From contig CAVANK010000006.1 of the NCBI GenBank assembly GCA_963590075.1, forward strand, positions 1,082 to 65,081: a stretch of DNA of 64,000 nucleotides, written 5' to 3'. Made by a program: the position numbers and the translations under genes. The DNA is from Eshraghiella crossota. Its GTDB lineage: Bacteria; Bacillota; Clostridia; Christensenellales; CAG-917. The notes below the pieces were generated by a model. It saw only the letters and a list, made by a program, of their open reading frames with translations. It had not been told where the DNA came from and did no database searches. This document shows positions 36,698-47,170 of the stretch, piece by piece. Position 1 is the first letter of the stretch, and each line of letters begins with the position of its first letter.

Positions 36698-39600
36698 TTA
36701 TATAATCGTGCGTTTAATAACGAGCACCAGTCCCGCAAGCGCGAGAGAGGACGCAAACACGATTGCAAAGCCGATGTTGTTCGTTGCGTCTTTGAGAGGC
36801 GTAACTTGCTCTGTTATCGTATTGCGGTACTCGTTGTACGACGCTTTGAACGCGTCGAGTTTGGCCGTATCGAGGATTGCTCTGTCGCTTGCTTGCAACG
36901 CGTCCATTTGCTCGATAACGTTCTTAACGGCGTCGATTGCTCCCACGCTGAACGTGTCGGGCAATGCGTAGATGAGTGCTTGAACCGCTTTGACCTTTTC
37001 GCTTGCGTTGGCAAATTTGAGATTTCTAATCGTCGTCTTTGCGTCTTGAACCGCTTTGACGAGAGCGTCCCACTCTGCCTTGTCGTAGCCGTACGTCGTC
37101 GGATTTTGCGTTACGGAATTGTATGCCGTAAGCGCGTTGCTTACAAGTTGTTCGTTTACGAGGGTTACGTTTTGAAGCGCAGCCACTTGTTTTGCGTAAT
37201 CATAGAACTCGATCAAACTCTTTTCCATTGCCTCGTAGTCGCTTCTGAGAGCGTCTTCGACACTGCCGAAGTACACGAGGTATACAAGCGAATCGTATCC
37301 TTCAACCTTTGCGTTGGAAGGCAAAATCATAGTAATCGGATTTTTCTTTCCGAGCAGGTCGATGAAGTTGAAATACGCAAGTTCGTAGTTGAATACGTCG
37401 AATTGATTGTGAAGCAATTCGTATCCCGGATCGCTTGTCGAGAGCGTTGCGTCCTTGTTGTAGCAGTTTTCCATTGCAGGCGCTACAACGGACTTAAACT
37501 CAACGCTTTTAAGCGCGGTGTATCCGTAGAACGCGTATTGTCCTATACGTTTGAGTCCGTCGGGAAGCACGATCGATGTGATGTTGACGTTTGCGTTGCC
37601 CGCATAATCGTCAATACGCACCGTGTCGTCCATAACTACGAGTTCTTTCTTATACGCACCGCCGGGAACCGCTTTGAGTTCGTATTTACCCGACGCGAAT
37701 TTTACATAGAGAGCGCCGTCGTTCAAAAGCGCGTAATCGTTTATCTTACCGTCGGCGGAAGTCACGTTTTGACCGCTCGTATAGCGACCGAAACTTCTCA
37801 ACGACGTGCATCCGTAGAACGCGCCTTTGCCGATGCTCTCGAGATCGGACGAGAACGTAAACGATGCGAGCATTGCGGACTTTTCAAATGCGGAGTTTCC
37901 TATGGTTTTGAGCTTCGGAGCATTGAAAGCAGTGATGCTCGTTGCTTGGAACGCATAGTTGCCGATGCTCTCGATTTTGTCCGCATTCACTATTCCGTAA
38001 AGTCCGGTTTGAGCAAACGCACCTTCACCGACAGACACGACGTTTGCAATATCCACGCTTGACAAAGGAGCAAGCGTAAACGCGTATTGACCTATCTTGG
38101 TGACTTTTGCAAGGTTGACCGTCGCAAGCGATTCGCAACCGCCGAACATATAATCGGGAATTTCCGTCATATTGTCGGGAAGTTGCGCCGATTTAAGAGC
38201 CGTGCAGTACGCAAACGCATAGTTGCCGACTTTTGTCACGGAAGACGGAATGACGATGCTTGCAAGTTTAGTGTTGTAAAGGAATGCCATTTCCCCGATT
38301 TCTCGGAGCGTAGAGGGCAATTCGATAGTCGTGAAGCACGAAGCGGATCCGAATTGGCTATAGCGACCGAATGCGCAAGCCCCGATGACCTCTACGATAG
38401 GCACGTAGACTTCGGAAAGTCCCGCGCAATCCGCAAAAGCGTAATCGCCGACGTACTTGACGTTTGCAAGATTTGCTTTCATAAGCAAGGTGCAACCGTA
38501 AAACGCTTCCCTTTCGATGGTATCGTCCGTCTTGGAGAGGTCGATGGTGTGAAGTTTCGTATCGTTTGCGAAACAGCCTTGTCCGATATGGACGTTTCCG
38601 CCCTCGGGCATATTCACGACGCCGAGGCGTACGCAGTTTTGGAACACGCCGAGGTTGAGCGTTACGTTTGCGCCGAGCGTAACCGTTTCCACGCTCGAAT
38701 TGAGGAACGCACCCTCGCCCACTACCGTGTTTTCGCCGATAGATACCGACGCAATCGCGGTGTTTACGAAGGCGTATTCTCCGATGCTCGTCAACTTGTC
38801 GAGGTTGACCGCTTCTTTAAGAGAGGAGCACGCCGCAAACGCTCTCTTGCCCACCGTTGCGCCCGTTTCGGAAGCAAAGGTGACTTTTGTGAGAGTATCG
38901 CAACCCGCAAATGCAAAATCACCGATTGCGGTGTCTTTGCTTTCAAACGTTACGGTATTCACTTTCACGCCCGCAAAAGCACTGTTTGCGATAGCGGTAT
39001 ATTTTGCGTCGATAACCAAATCTCCGTATTCGGCGCCGACCGCCGCCAAAACTATCGTACTTCCGTCTTTTGAGAGCAAATAGTTGCCTTCCGCCGAGTA
39101 GTTGGTATTGCCCGCGGGCACTTCGAACGCAGAAAGTGCGGTGTCTTTGAACACGAAGCCTTCGATTTGTTTGATTTTAGTATTCGCGCCAAAAGTCACT
39201 TTGGCGAGTGCACTGCACTTGTAGAACGCATAAGGATCGATTTGCACTTCGCAATCGGGAAGCGTGATGTTTTCAAGTGCCGAGGAGTTGTAGAACGCTT
39301 GCTCTCCGATAACTCCGATACTACTTCCAAACTCAACGCTCGTAAGTGCGGGGCAATCGCTGAATGCACCTTTGCCTATCGACAACAAGTCGTTGTGAAT
39401 GGTCACACTCTTAAGGTCGTTGCATTTTGCAAAGCAATATTCGGGGATAAACGTGCGTTGATTGTATATATCCACGCTCGTAAGTCCCGACTTTGCAAAC
39501 ATTGCATAGGAAAGTTGAGTCGACTTGTCGAGCACCACGCTCGTGAGAGACGTGCAGTCCTTAAACGCTTCTTTGCCCGTATTGCGCAACGACGTGAGGT

Positions 39601-42600
39601 TTACGCTCGTAAGAGACGTGCAGTATTCGAATGCGTTTGCGCCGATACTCAAAATGTTTGCGAGATTGATGCTTGCAAGCGCTTTGCAGTTTTTGAACGC
39701 GGACGCACCGATAACTTCCACTTTGCTTTGAGTGAGGTCGTTGCCCTCAACCATCGTGCCGTCTTCTTTGACGACATTGATAGTTTCGAGTTTCTTATCA
39801 CCGTAGAATGCAAATTCACGTATATATTTGACGGAATCGGGTATAGTCACCGATTTGAGTCCCGTGCAGTTGTAGAAGGCGTATTTCTTGATTTCCTCAA
39901 CGCCCTTGGGGATAACCACACTCGTAACACTGGTGTTGGAAGCGGGGATTTTGTTTGCGTCGTAATCGTCCTCGTCAAGCTCCACGGAGTTGTCCGTTTC
40001 GTACAAGCAGAACGCAAACGCGCCTATGTACAAAATGCCTTCGTCGTCGGGGATAACGACGTTTCCGCCAAGACCCTTATACGCGACAAGTTCACGATTT
40101 TCGATGACGAATTCGTTCTTGACTCTTATGGTAACCGACGCTTGAATGTAGGAGTTTTTCGGCTTTATCGTTATGATTGCCGAGCCTTCTTTGAGTGCGG
40201 TCACTTCACCCTTTTCGTTGACTTGCGCGATATTGGTGTTATTTGAGGAATACTCGAACTCGTATTTCTCCGACACATACCACGGCTCTACGTCGTAGTT
40301 GAGTCTTATTTTCTCACCTGGGTACATGCCTATATCCGAAGCGGAAGCAACAAATCTTCTGTCCCCCGTCTTGCCTATCTCGCTGGTTTGCGCCGCACGA
40401 GAGTATGCAAACAACGTGTCGTAGTACGAGAATCTCAATTCTTTGAGCGTCGCTTTGTTGTAGTCGTCGGCAACCGATTGAAGAGATATATCGCTTGTCG
40501 AGGCAAATACGTCCGTCGCACTCGTAGTCGCCGCCTCGTCGTCGGACGAGGACGCTCTCTTCTTGACGTTGATTATGACAACCGCTTGGTTGAGTTCCAT
40601 CTGTTCTTTCACCGTTACGGTTGCTTTGCCCTCCGCGATGCACTTGACAAGACCGTTCTTGACTTCGAGAACGTTTTCGTTGGAAGAAGACCAATTCAAG
40701 TATTTCAAATAGTCTTTGTCTTCGTCGACGCTGTCGTCCCCTGTCGCAAGATATTGCGTAAGGTCTATGACTTCGTCTTCGTAAGCGGACAAAATGATGA
40801 GGTCGGAGCCGTCCATCGTGCCGTCTTTGGTGAACTTGAAGTCACCCTTCGTGCCGGGAAGTTGACAAAGGAAGATGTTAGAGTTGAGCGCGTAGTCGTC
40901 GATAGAGAACGCAAGCGCACTTGTAATCAACGCGTCGTTGCCGATATCTTTGAGGTAGTCGGTTATTTCAAATTTTATCGTGGTATCCGTGCCCTTTTCG
41001 CTATAAACGGGGATAGGATTCTCCGTAAGGAAGGTATAACTACTGCTCGACGTGAAGATAATCGGCGTTATCGATTGCACGTATTGATTGTCGTAGACAA
41101 CCATATTGATATAGTATCTGTCCTTTTTGAGAGTACGGTCGTACTTTTTCTCGTACGTAACGCTCTTGATGACGGGCGCTTCGTCGTCTGCCGTGAAGTC
41201 GAAACCGAAACTGTTTCTGACGTTCTTTGCGGCACCTCCGTCGCCGTAGTCAAGCTCGCCTTTCATCTCAAAGGTGTATTCGGTGTTGTTGACCAGACCG
41301 TTTGCCAAAGACTTGAATTTGAGTTGTTCGTAATAAGGATACGGACTTCCGCCATAGGAATAGGCTTTGGTTGCGTTGTAGTCGACGTGTTCCCAAATGA
41401 CCTCGCCCGTGGCTTTGTCTTTGATGGTGAACGTCATCGTCTTTGCGCCTCTCAAAAGTCCCGCGTACACCACCGAGATACCGTCAATCGTGCCGAGAAT
41501 GTTGGATATCGCTATATGATCCTCGGTTGCGGGGATTTCGTCGTATTTGTCGGTATCCACGTCGTACAAATACGTTCCGAGAGGAATAATGTAGTTGTAG
41601 AAATACGAACCGTAAGGCGTCGTCGCGTAGTAATCGGCTTTGATTTTGTCCTCGTCGTCGATTGCCTTGTCGTGCGCTTCGGATTCCACTTCGTAATAGG
41701 TTTTGTCAAACATCGGAGCTTCCGTCCAATCGCCGTAGAAAGCGAGGAAAGGCACATTGAGGTCGACGTTCTTTGCGTCGTCGGTTTCGTCACCCGTTTG
41801 TTTGAGTTTTATAAATCCTTCGACGTACATACCGTACGGGAAGAGTTTTTCGATAAGTTTCTTTTCTTCGCTCGTGAGAGTGTACGTCACCTTCACTTTT
41901 GCCGTTGCGCCCGCATTAACGGTGAGTTTGTTGCCGTCAAGCGTCCCTCCCTCGACAATCTCGAAGTTCTTTACGCCTTCGAGGATTTGAGGAGTTTCCG
42001 CAACGTGCGTTTCGTCGGAGGTAGACACGCTTTCCGTCATACCCACGAGTGACAAATCGTACGTCAACACATCGTCGGAGATATTTACGACGTTGAAAGA
42101 CATCACATACAAGCCCGTTCTTTGAGGATCGTCAAAGAGTTCGATCTTGGTGCGGTCTTTAGTGTACGTGTTACCCTCTTCGTCTTGTGCGTCGACGGTG
42201 AGATACGCTCTTGTCGCAACGAGGTTTTTGAGGCTGGCAAGCCCCGCGCCCTGCTTGCGCGGAGAATACGGATTGCCTTCTTCGTTGAGAGCAATCGTAG
42301 CCGTGGACATCAACATTTGATTGGTGAGGACGGAGATTTCTTTCCAGTTCTTGTCGGGGTACTTCTCTTTGAGGTATTGTCTTATAAGCACCACGATACC
42401 GCAAAGGTTAGGCGTTGCCATAGACGTACCGCTCAATTCGTCGTATTTGTTGCCGGGCACTGCGGACTTGATATTTCCGCCGTGTGCGGTGATTTCGGGT
42501 TTGAGTTCAAGCGACGGAGTCGGACCCCAACTTGAAAAGTCGGACATAAACGGGCCTGCTTGGTTGCTGTAAGCAATGGTAAGCGTTCCGCTCTTCTTTG

Positions 42601-44281
42601 CGGCAAGTTTGTAGCCGTTGTCCTTGGATATGGATATCGTAGGAATATGGTCGCTCTTGCCCATCGACATAGAGATATCGCCGTCGATGTTGTTGTAAAT
42701 GATACACGCAATCGCGCCCGCGGATTTCGCATAGCGCGCTTTTTCTTCAAAGGTGTTGTCGCCACGTCTTACGAGAGCGATTTTGCCCTTTACGTCAAGC
42801 CCCGCGTAGCTCGTCTTTCCGCCCGTGCCGGGGACGGTTACGTATTCGAACTCTTTCGCAACGCCTTCGGTTACGCCGAGTTCTTTGAAGAAGTCGTTTT
42901 CGTCACCGGTAATGGAGTTGGACTCTTTGAAGAAGATGACGTCCGTGCCGTTGCCGACCATATATTTGCTCTTCGTACCGCTGATAGACGCAACGGAGAG
43001 GCACGCCTCGTACGTGGAAGGAGATCCGACCGTTCCCGAGTCGGGGTTGGTGACCATATTGGTGTTGCCTTGCGCACCGCCGAAGCCCGTGCTGTAACTG
43101 TTGCTCGCTGCCGTAAGAACACTAATACCGCTTTCGTTGAGTTTGTCGTAAATCGCGTTGACGTTCACTTCGTCGACTTCTCTGGAAAAACCGCAAGAAG
43201 AGCCGAGCGACATATTGATGCAGTCGACGTTGAGCAAGACCGCGTCTTCCAAAGCAAGCAAGATATCTTCCGTCTTACCGCCTGTGCTCAAATCGGGGAA
43301 AACCTTCATAAGCACGAGTTGCGTATCCACCGCAACGCCCGTGATAACGTCGTCTTGACCGCCGATTATACCCGCGACGTGCGTGCCGTGCTCGGAGTCG
43401 TACGGATAAACGTTGATATCCTTGTCCGCGTAGTCGTACGCAAACGGAATTTTGCTGGATACGTAAACCTTGTCTACGTCAATGTCAGTGGTGTATTTTG
43501 CGGCGTTGGTTTGCGACAAAACGCTCTTGATGTCCTCTTTGGAGAAAGACACTTTGGTTGCGTCAAGAGTTTTTTGGAACACCGTGTGAGAGCAATCAAA
43601 ACCGCTGTCGAGTATAGCAACCGACGTATTTTTGCCGGTATAAGGCACACTGGACGAGTTGAAAATACCCGTTTCGTACACATCGACGAGGTTGGTGATA
43701 GAAGAAGCACCCGTCGAAGACGTGGATTGCGGACGATTGTACGTATCGCTGATTATGACGCTCTTAACACCGCTTGAATTTTCAAGCGCGCGCAAATTGC
43801 CGTACTTGATAGTTGCGGCAAAACCGTTCAAAACCGTGTCGTAACTGCACTTTACTCTCTCGATCAAGCCGTTTTGCGTAAGGCGTCTTATGGCGTCCTC
43901 TTGTTGTGCTTGCAAGTAGATGCGCTTGTTAGAGCCCACCTCGCTTGCGGCGTACTCGGCAACGCTTGCGTAATCGTCAAGATATTCGTCGATATAGTCG
44001 TCGATGAGGGCGTTGCCTTCAAGCGAGACCATAACCACGATTTCGTCCGTGTCGAGATAGCCGTTGTTCTCTTTGAGGTAATCGGCTTTGATGCGATCCA
44101 ACTGTTCCTCTTGCGTGAGATTCAAACCCGTGTTGAAAACGCGCAAGTTTTGATAGGTCGCAACTTCCGTATTACCGTCGGATACGTTGTTGCCCGTGTT
44201 TGCACCGCACGCCGCCAGTGTGAACACCGACAGCGATATGAGTGCAACCATCAGGCAAATGCTGATTAGTTTCCTTTTCAT
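36698..44281 (-). CDS. Giant cell-envelope subtilisin (S8) protease fused to a BspA-type LRR array; lipobox N-terminus and C-terminal TM helix
   Basis: 2527 aa. Lipobox LAAC. I9-like propeptide. Catalytic D225 (VAILDSGFD), H298 (HGTHVAG) and S620 (SGTSMATP, codon 42422..42424). PA-domain insert (KIALVRRGD...). Lactocepin/C5a-peptidase-type FLAFYGDW domain. Two Big_2-like domains. About 870 aa of LRR (about 37493..40099). TM helix IGFAIVFASSLALAGLVLVI (about 36713..36775). Confidence 0.9.
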   Translation of the reverse strand: MKRKLISICLMVALISLSVFTLAACGANTGNNVSDGNTEVATYQNLRVFNTGLNLTQEEQLDRIKADYLKENNGYLDTDEIVVMVSLEGNALIDDYIDEYLDDYASVAEYAASEVGSNKRIYLQAQQEDAIRRLTQNGLIERVKCSYDTVLNGFAATIKYGNLRALENSSGVKSVIISDTYNRPQSTSSTGASSITNLVDVYETGIFNSSSVPYTGKNTSVAILDSGFDCSHTVFQKTLDATKVSFSKEDIKSVLSQTNAAKYTTDIDVDKVYVSSKIPFAYDYADKDINVYPYDSEHGTHVAGIIGGQDDVITGVAVDTQLVLMKVFPDLSTGGKTEDILLALEDAVLLNVDCINMSLGSSCGFSREVDEVNVNAIYDKLNESGISVLTAASNSYSTGFGGAQGNTNMVTNPDSGTVGSPSTYEACLSVASISGTKSKYMVGNGTDVIFFKESNSITGDENDFFKELGVTEGVAKEFEYVTVPGTGGKTSYAGLDVKGKIALVRRGDNTFEEKARYAKSAGAIACIIYNNIDGDISMSMGKSDHIPTISISKDNGYKLAAKKSGTLTIAYSNQAGPFMSDFSSWGPTPSLELKPEITAHGGNIKSAVPGNKYDELSGTSMATPNLCGIVVLIRQYLKEKYPDKNWKEISVLTNQMLMSTATIALNEEGNPYSPRKQGAGLASLKNLVATRAYLTVDAQDEEGNTYTKDRTKIELFDDPQRTGLYVMSFNVVNISDDVLTYDLSLVGMTESVSTSDETHVAETPQILEGVKNFEIVEGGTLDGNKLTVNAGATAKVKVTYTLTSEEKKLIEKLFPYGMYVEGFIKLKQTGDETDDAKNVDLNVPFLAFYGDWTEAPMFDKTYYEVESEAHDKAIDDEDKIKADYYATTPYGSYFYNYIIPLGTYLYDVDTDKYDEIPATEDHIAISNILGTIDGISVVYAGLLRGAKTMTFTIKDKATGEVIWEHVDYNATKAYSYGGSPYPYYEQLKFKSLANGLVNNTEYTFEMKGELDYGDGGAAKNVRNSFGFDFTADDEAPVIKSVTYEKKYDRTLKKDRYYINMVVYDNQYVQSITPIIFTSSSSYTFLTENPIPVYSEKGTDTTIKFEITDYLKDIGNDALITSALAFSIDDYALNSNIFLCQLPGTKGDFKFTKDGTMDGSDLIILSAYEDEVIDLTQYLATGDDSVDEDKDYLKYLNWSSSNENVLEVKNGLVKCIAEGKATVTVKEQMELNQAVVIINVKKRASSSDDEAATTSATDVFASTSDISLQSVADDYNKATLKELRFSYYDTLFAYSRAAQTSEIGKTGDRRFVASASDIGMYPGEKIRLNYDVEPWYVSEKYEFEYSSNNTNIAQVNEKGEVTALKEGSAIITIKPKNSYIQASVTIRVKNEFVIENRELVAYKGLGGNVVIPDDEGILYIGAFAFCLYETDNSVELDEDDYDANKIPASNTSVTSVVIPKGVEEIKKYAFYNCTGLKSVTIPDSVKYIREFAFYGDKKLETINVVKEDGTMVEGNDLTQSKVEVIGASAFKNCKALASINLANILSIGANAFEYCTSLTSVNLTSLRNTGKEAFKDCTSLTSVVLDKSTQLSYAMFAKSGLTSVDIYNQRTFIPEYCFAKCNDLKSVTIHNDLLSIGKGAFSDCPALTSVEFGSSIGVIGEQAFYNSSALENITLPDCEVQIDPYAFYKCSALAKVTFGANTKIKQIEGFVFKDTALSAFEVPAGNTNYSAEGNYLLSKDGSTIVLAAVGAEYGDLVIDAKYTAIANSAFAGVKVNTVTFESKDTAIGDFAFAGCDTLTKVTFASETGATVGKRAFAACSSLKEAVNLDKLTSIGEYAFVNTAIASVSIGENTVVGEGAFLNSSVETVTLGANVTLNLGVFQNCVRLGVVNMPEGGNVHIGQGCFANDTKLHTIDLSKTDDTIEREAFYGCTLLMKANLANVKYVGDYAFADCAGLSEVYVPIVEVIGACAFGRYSQFGSASCFTTIELPSTLREIGEMAFLYNTKLASIVIPSSVTKVGNYAFAYCTALKSAQLPDNMTEIPDYMFGGCESLATVNLAKVTKIGQYAFTLAPLSSVDIANVVSVGEGAFAQTGLYGIVNADKIESIGNYAFQATSITAFNAPKLKTIGNSAFEKSAMLASFTFSSDLESIGKGAFYGCTSLRSFGRYTSGQNVTSADGKINDYALLNDGALYVKFASGKYELKAVPGGAYKKELVVMDDTVRIDDYAGNANVNITSIVLPDGLKRIGQYAFYGYTALKSVEFKSVVAPAMENCYNKDATLSTSDPGYELLHNQFDVFNYELAYFNFIDLLGKKNPITMILPSNAKVEGYDSLVYLVYFGSVEDALRSDYEAMEKSLIEFYDYAKQVAALQNVTLVNEQLVSNALTAYNSVTQNPTTYGYDKAEWDALVKAVQDAKTTIRNLKFANASEKVKAVQALIYALPDTFSVGAIDAVKNVIEQMDALQASDRAILDTAKLDAFKASYNEYRNTITEQVTPLKDATNNIGFAIVFASSLALAGLVLVIKRTII

Positions 44282-44323
44282 AGATATACCTAAAATTTTA
44301 TTACTATATATTATTTACCGATA

Positions 44324-44608
44324 TTACTTCAACCAGAAGTACATCACCACCGCAACCACCGCAAAGCATATAAGCACTCCGAACAAAATCGGGAGGTATA
44401 CCGCATACCCTGCTCTGATTGCCGCGTGCCGTTCTTTCCTTTCGAGATGAGCCTCTTCCTTGTCCTTGTTTTTCTCTTTTTCAAGGCGGGTATTGGTTAT
44501 CTTGTCGGGAATAATGGCATTTTGACGTCTCACGCCGTCCATATTGTACAGCGTGCGACCGTCGTCTTCGACGTATATGACTTTGACCTTCTTTTTATCT
44601 TTCTTCAT
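44324..44608 (-). CDS. Small membrane protein (94 aa) with a single C-terminal TM helix
   Basis: The start overlaps the oppF stop by 14 nt. Lys-rich N-terminus. TM LPILFGVLICFAVVAVVMYFW. No family recognised. Confidence 0.45.
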   Translation of the reverse strand: MKKDKKKVKVIYVEDDGRTLYNMDGVRRQNAIIPDKITNTRLEKEKNKDKEEAHLERKERHAAIRAGYAVYLPILFGVLICFAVVAVVMYFWLK

Positions 44609-45974
44609 CGTCGTTTACGTCGCTTACGCTTTGGACGTTGTCGTCTTCAAGCGTGTGCGTCACTTCTTGGTTTTGAATGATATCCGTGCCGTTGAAGTCG
44701 TTTTCACCGCCGATTTCCTCTTTGATTTCGTCGTTTTCAACGGGTACGGGCTCTTCCAAAGTCTCGTCGTTTGATTTCTTCTTTTTGAGGATTTTCTCAA
44801 AAGCGTCCTTGATTTTCTTGATTACGTCGTATTCTTCCGCAATCTCTTTTTGACGCTCTTCCATCTCTTTGACGTGCTCGTACGCTTTGTCAAGTTCCTC
44901 TTGTCTGCTCATAATATCCTCGTCGTAGAGGTGGCAGGCAACGAAGTGTCCGGGCGTAACCTCGTGATACTTCGGCTCGATGATCTTGCACGCGTTCATA
45001 CATTGCGAGCAACGAGTGTGGAATTTGCAACCCTTGGGCGGATTTGCGGGAGACGGAATATCGCCTTCGAGAATAATTCTCTTGCTCTTCACATCGGGAT
45101 CGGGTACGGGAACCGCCGAAAACAACGCCTTCGTATACGGGTGGAGCGGATTGTCAAACAATTCGTCCGTCTCGCCCTTTTCCATCATATTGCCGAGGTA
45201 CATAACCATAATTTCGTCCGTTATGTACTTGACCACCGACAAATCGTGGGAGATGAACACGTAAGTGAGGTTCATCGTTTGTTGCAATTCTTTAAGCAAA
45301 TTGATGATTTGCGCTTGCACGGACACGTCGAGCGCGCTTACCGGCTCGTCGCATATAACGAGGTCGGGCTTGACTGCCAACGCTCTTGCGATGCAGATAC
45401 GTTGTCTTTGACCGCCCGAGAATTCGTGCGGATAACGGTCGTAATATTGCTCTTGCAATCCGCACTTCTTCATTATGTCGCGCACGTACGAGGAAACCTC
45501 TTCCTTCGGCACGATTTTATGCACTTTCACCGCCTCGGAAATGATACTGCCGATGGTCATTCTCGGCGGAAGGCTGGAATACGGATCTTGGAAGATAAGT
45601 TGCATCGACGTTCTCAACGCGCGCATCTTCTTTTTGGAGATATCGGTGATATCTTCACCGTTGTAGTACACTTTTCCGCCGTCGATATCGTACAGTTTAA
45701 GGATAGTTCTGCCCATCGTGGTTTTTCCGCAACCGGACTCACCCACGATACCGATGGTAGTGCCTCTTTTGAGTTTGAAACTGACGTGATCGACTGCTTT
45801 GAGAGTGGAGGTCGGTTTGCCGAGCAACGTGCGTGAGAGCACAAAGTGCTTTTGCAAGTCGTCCACTTCCAAAATGATGTCGTCTTTATTCTCTTGCGTA
45901 TCTTGAAGGGCAGTTTGCTCGTTTTCGACGCTTTGAGCGTCGTCAAACAATTCGTTCTTTTGGATATCGCTCAT
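44595..45974 (-). CDS. oppF: Oligopeptide ABC transporter ATPase OppF with N- and C-terminal extensions
   Basis: Walker A GESGCGKTT, signature FSGGQRQRICIARA, Walker B LVICDEPVSALD, C-terminal oligopeptide-type Cys motif. An acidic or charged tail of about 100 aa. Confidence 0.9.
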   Translation of the reverse strand: MSDIQKNELFDDAQSVENEQTALQDTQENKDDIILEVDDLQKHFVLSRTLLGKPTSTLKAVDHVSFKLKRGTTIGIVGESGCGKTTMGRTILKLYDIDGGKVYYNGEDITDISKKKMRALRTSMQLIFQDPYSSLPPRMTIGSIISEAVKVHKIVPKEEVSSYVRDIMKKCGLQEQYYDRYPHEFSGGQRQRICIARALAVKPDLVICDEPVSALDVSVQAQIINLLKELQQTMNLTYVFISHDLSVVKYITDEIMVMYLGNMMEKGETDELFDNPLHPYTKALFSAVPVPDPDVKSKRIILEGDIPSPANPPKGCKFHTRCSQCMNACKIIEPKYHEVTPGHFVACHLYDEDIMSRQEELDKAYEHVKEMEERQKEIAEEYDVIKKIKDAFEKILKKKKSNDETLEEPVPVENDEIKEEIGGENDFNGTDIIQNQEVTHTLEDDNVQSVSDVNDDEER

Positions 45975-47155
45975 TGTTCATTGCCCTCCTTTTGTTCGTA
46001 CAGATAGCAGGACACGTAGTGAGTGTCGCTGATTTTGATTTCGGGCGGATATTCCCCATCGCACGCGCCGATACACTTTGCGCATCTGTTCTTGAAGTAG
46101 CAAGTGTTGGGCAAATTTATCGGGCTGGGGACTTGTCCGGGTATTGAATAAAGCGGTTCGTTTGACGGGGACGTGATGAGAGGCTTGCTCTTTTGAAGTC
46201 CTATCGTGTAGGGGTGTCTGGGATCGTGGAAGATTTCACTTGCCGTGCCTTTTTCAATCACCCTGCCCGCGTACATAACCACCACTTCGTCCGCCATTTC
46301 CGCAATAACGCCGAGGTCATGCGTGATGAGCATAATGGAGCATCCCTCTTTGCGTTGCAAGTCCTTCAAAAGTTCGAGGATTTGCGCTTGAATGGTGACG
46401 TCGAGTGCCGTGGTCGGCTCGTCCGCAATGATGAGTTTGGGATCGCCGACGAGAGCCATTGCAATCATAACTCTTTGACGCATACCGCCCGACAACTCGT
46501 GGGGGTATGAGGCGTACACTCTTTCGGGCATCGCGATGCCTACTTTTTTGAGCATCTCGATACTCACCGCTTTTGCTTCTTGTTTGCTCACGGACGGATT
46601 GTGCGTGAAGGACACTTCGTCCAGTTGGAAACCTATCGTAAAGACGGGATTGAGCGAGGTCATCGGCTCTTGGAAAATCATCGTGATGTCTTTTCCGCGC
46701 ACCTTATACATCTCTTTGGTCGGCATTTTTGCGATGTCGTAAGCAATCTTTTTGCCCTCTTCGTCGTAGCCGAGCTCGTCGGAGTTGAATCTTATTTGAC
46801 CGTCAACCACTTGTCCTTGCGGGGCTTGCACAAGTTGCATAATGGAGAGCGACGTTACGCTCTTTCCGCAACCGGACTCACCCACGACGCCCACGATTTT
46901 GTTCTTGGGTATCTCAAAAGATACGCCGTTGACGGACATAACCGTGCCCGTGTCCGTAAAGAAACAAGTCTTGAGGTTTTCTATCTCGATGAGGTTGTTT
47001 TCGTCGCGCATAGTGACGGTATACTCGCTCTTATCGCGTTTTTTACGCTTTTGCGCCTCGTAATACCTCATCTTTTTGATGTTGTATCTGATTATTTTTC
47101 TGCTGTCGCGTATTGACAGATAATTTGACGCTTTTTTCTTTTTTTCTATTTTCAT
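45971..47155 (-). CDS. oppD: Oligopeptide ABC transporter ATPase OppD with a basic N-terminal extension
   Basis: Walker A GESGCGKSV, signature LSGGMRQRVMIAMA, Walker B LIIADEPTTALD. AGGTGG RBS favours ATG 47155 over the TTG at 47170. Confidence 0.9.
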   Translation of the reverse strand: MKIEKKKKASNYLSIRDSRKIIRYNIKKMRYYEAQKRKKRDKSEYTVTMRDENNLIEIENLKTCFFTDTGTVMSVNGVSFEIPKNKIVGVVGESGCGKSVTSLSIMQLVQAPQGQVVDGQIRFNSDELGYDEEGKKIAYDIAKMPTKEMYKVRGKDITMIFQEPMTSLNPVFTIGFQLDEVSFTHNPSVSKQEAKAVSIEMLKKVGIAMPERVYASYPHELSGGMRQRVMIAMALVGDPKLIIADEPTTALDVTIQAQILELLKDLQRKEGCSIMLITHDLGVIAEMADEVVVMYAGRVIEKGTASEIFHDPRHPYTIGLQKSKPLITSPSNEPLYSIPGQVPSPINLPNTCYFKNRCAKCIGACDGEYPPEIKISDTHYVSCYLYEQKEGNEQ

Positions 47156-47170
47156 AAAACCACCTGTCAA

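Noticed and set aside
36368-38062. 564-aa plus-strand ORF. Similar long plus-strand ORFs lie at 38087..39073, 39167..40246, 40388..42052 and 42560..43777.
   Set aside because: All lie antisense to the 2527-aa S8/LRR gene, whose sense frame carries intact catalytic motifs. The antisense translations are low-complexity (R/V/F/C-rich). They have no RBS and no recognisable domains. They are shadow ORFs produced by codon bias.
37493-40099. Regular periodicity of about 69-75 nt in the DNA, considered as a CRISPR or tandem repeat array
   Set aside because: The periodicity is the coding repeat of the LRR array, in frame within a long ORF. There are no conserved direct repeats with unique spacers. 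I saw no cas genes.
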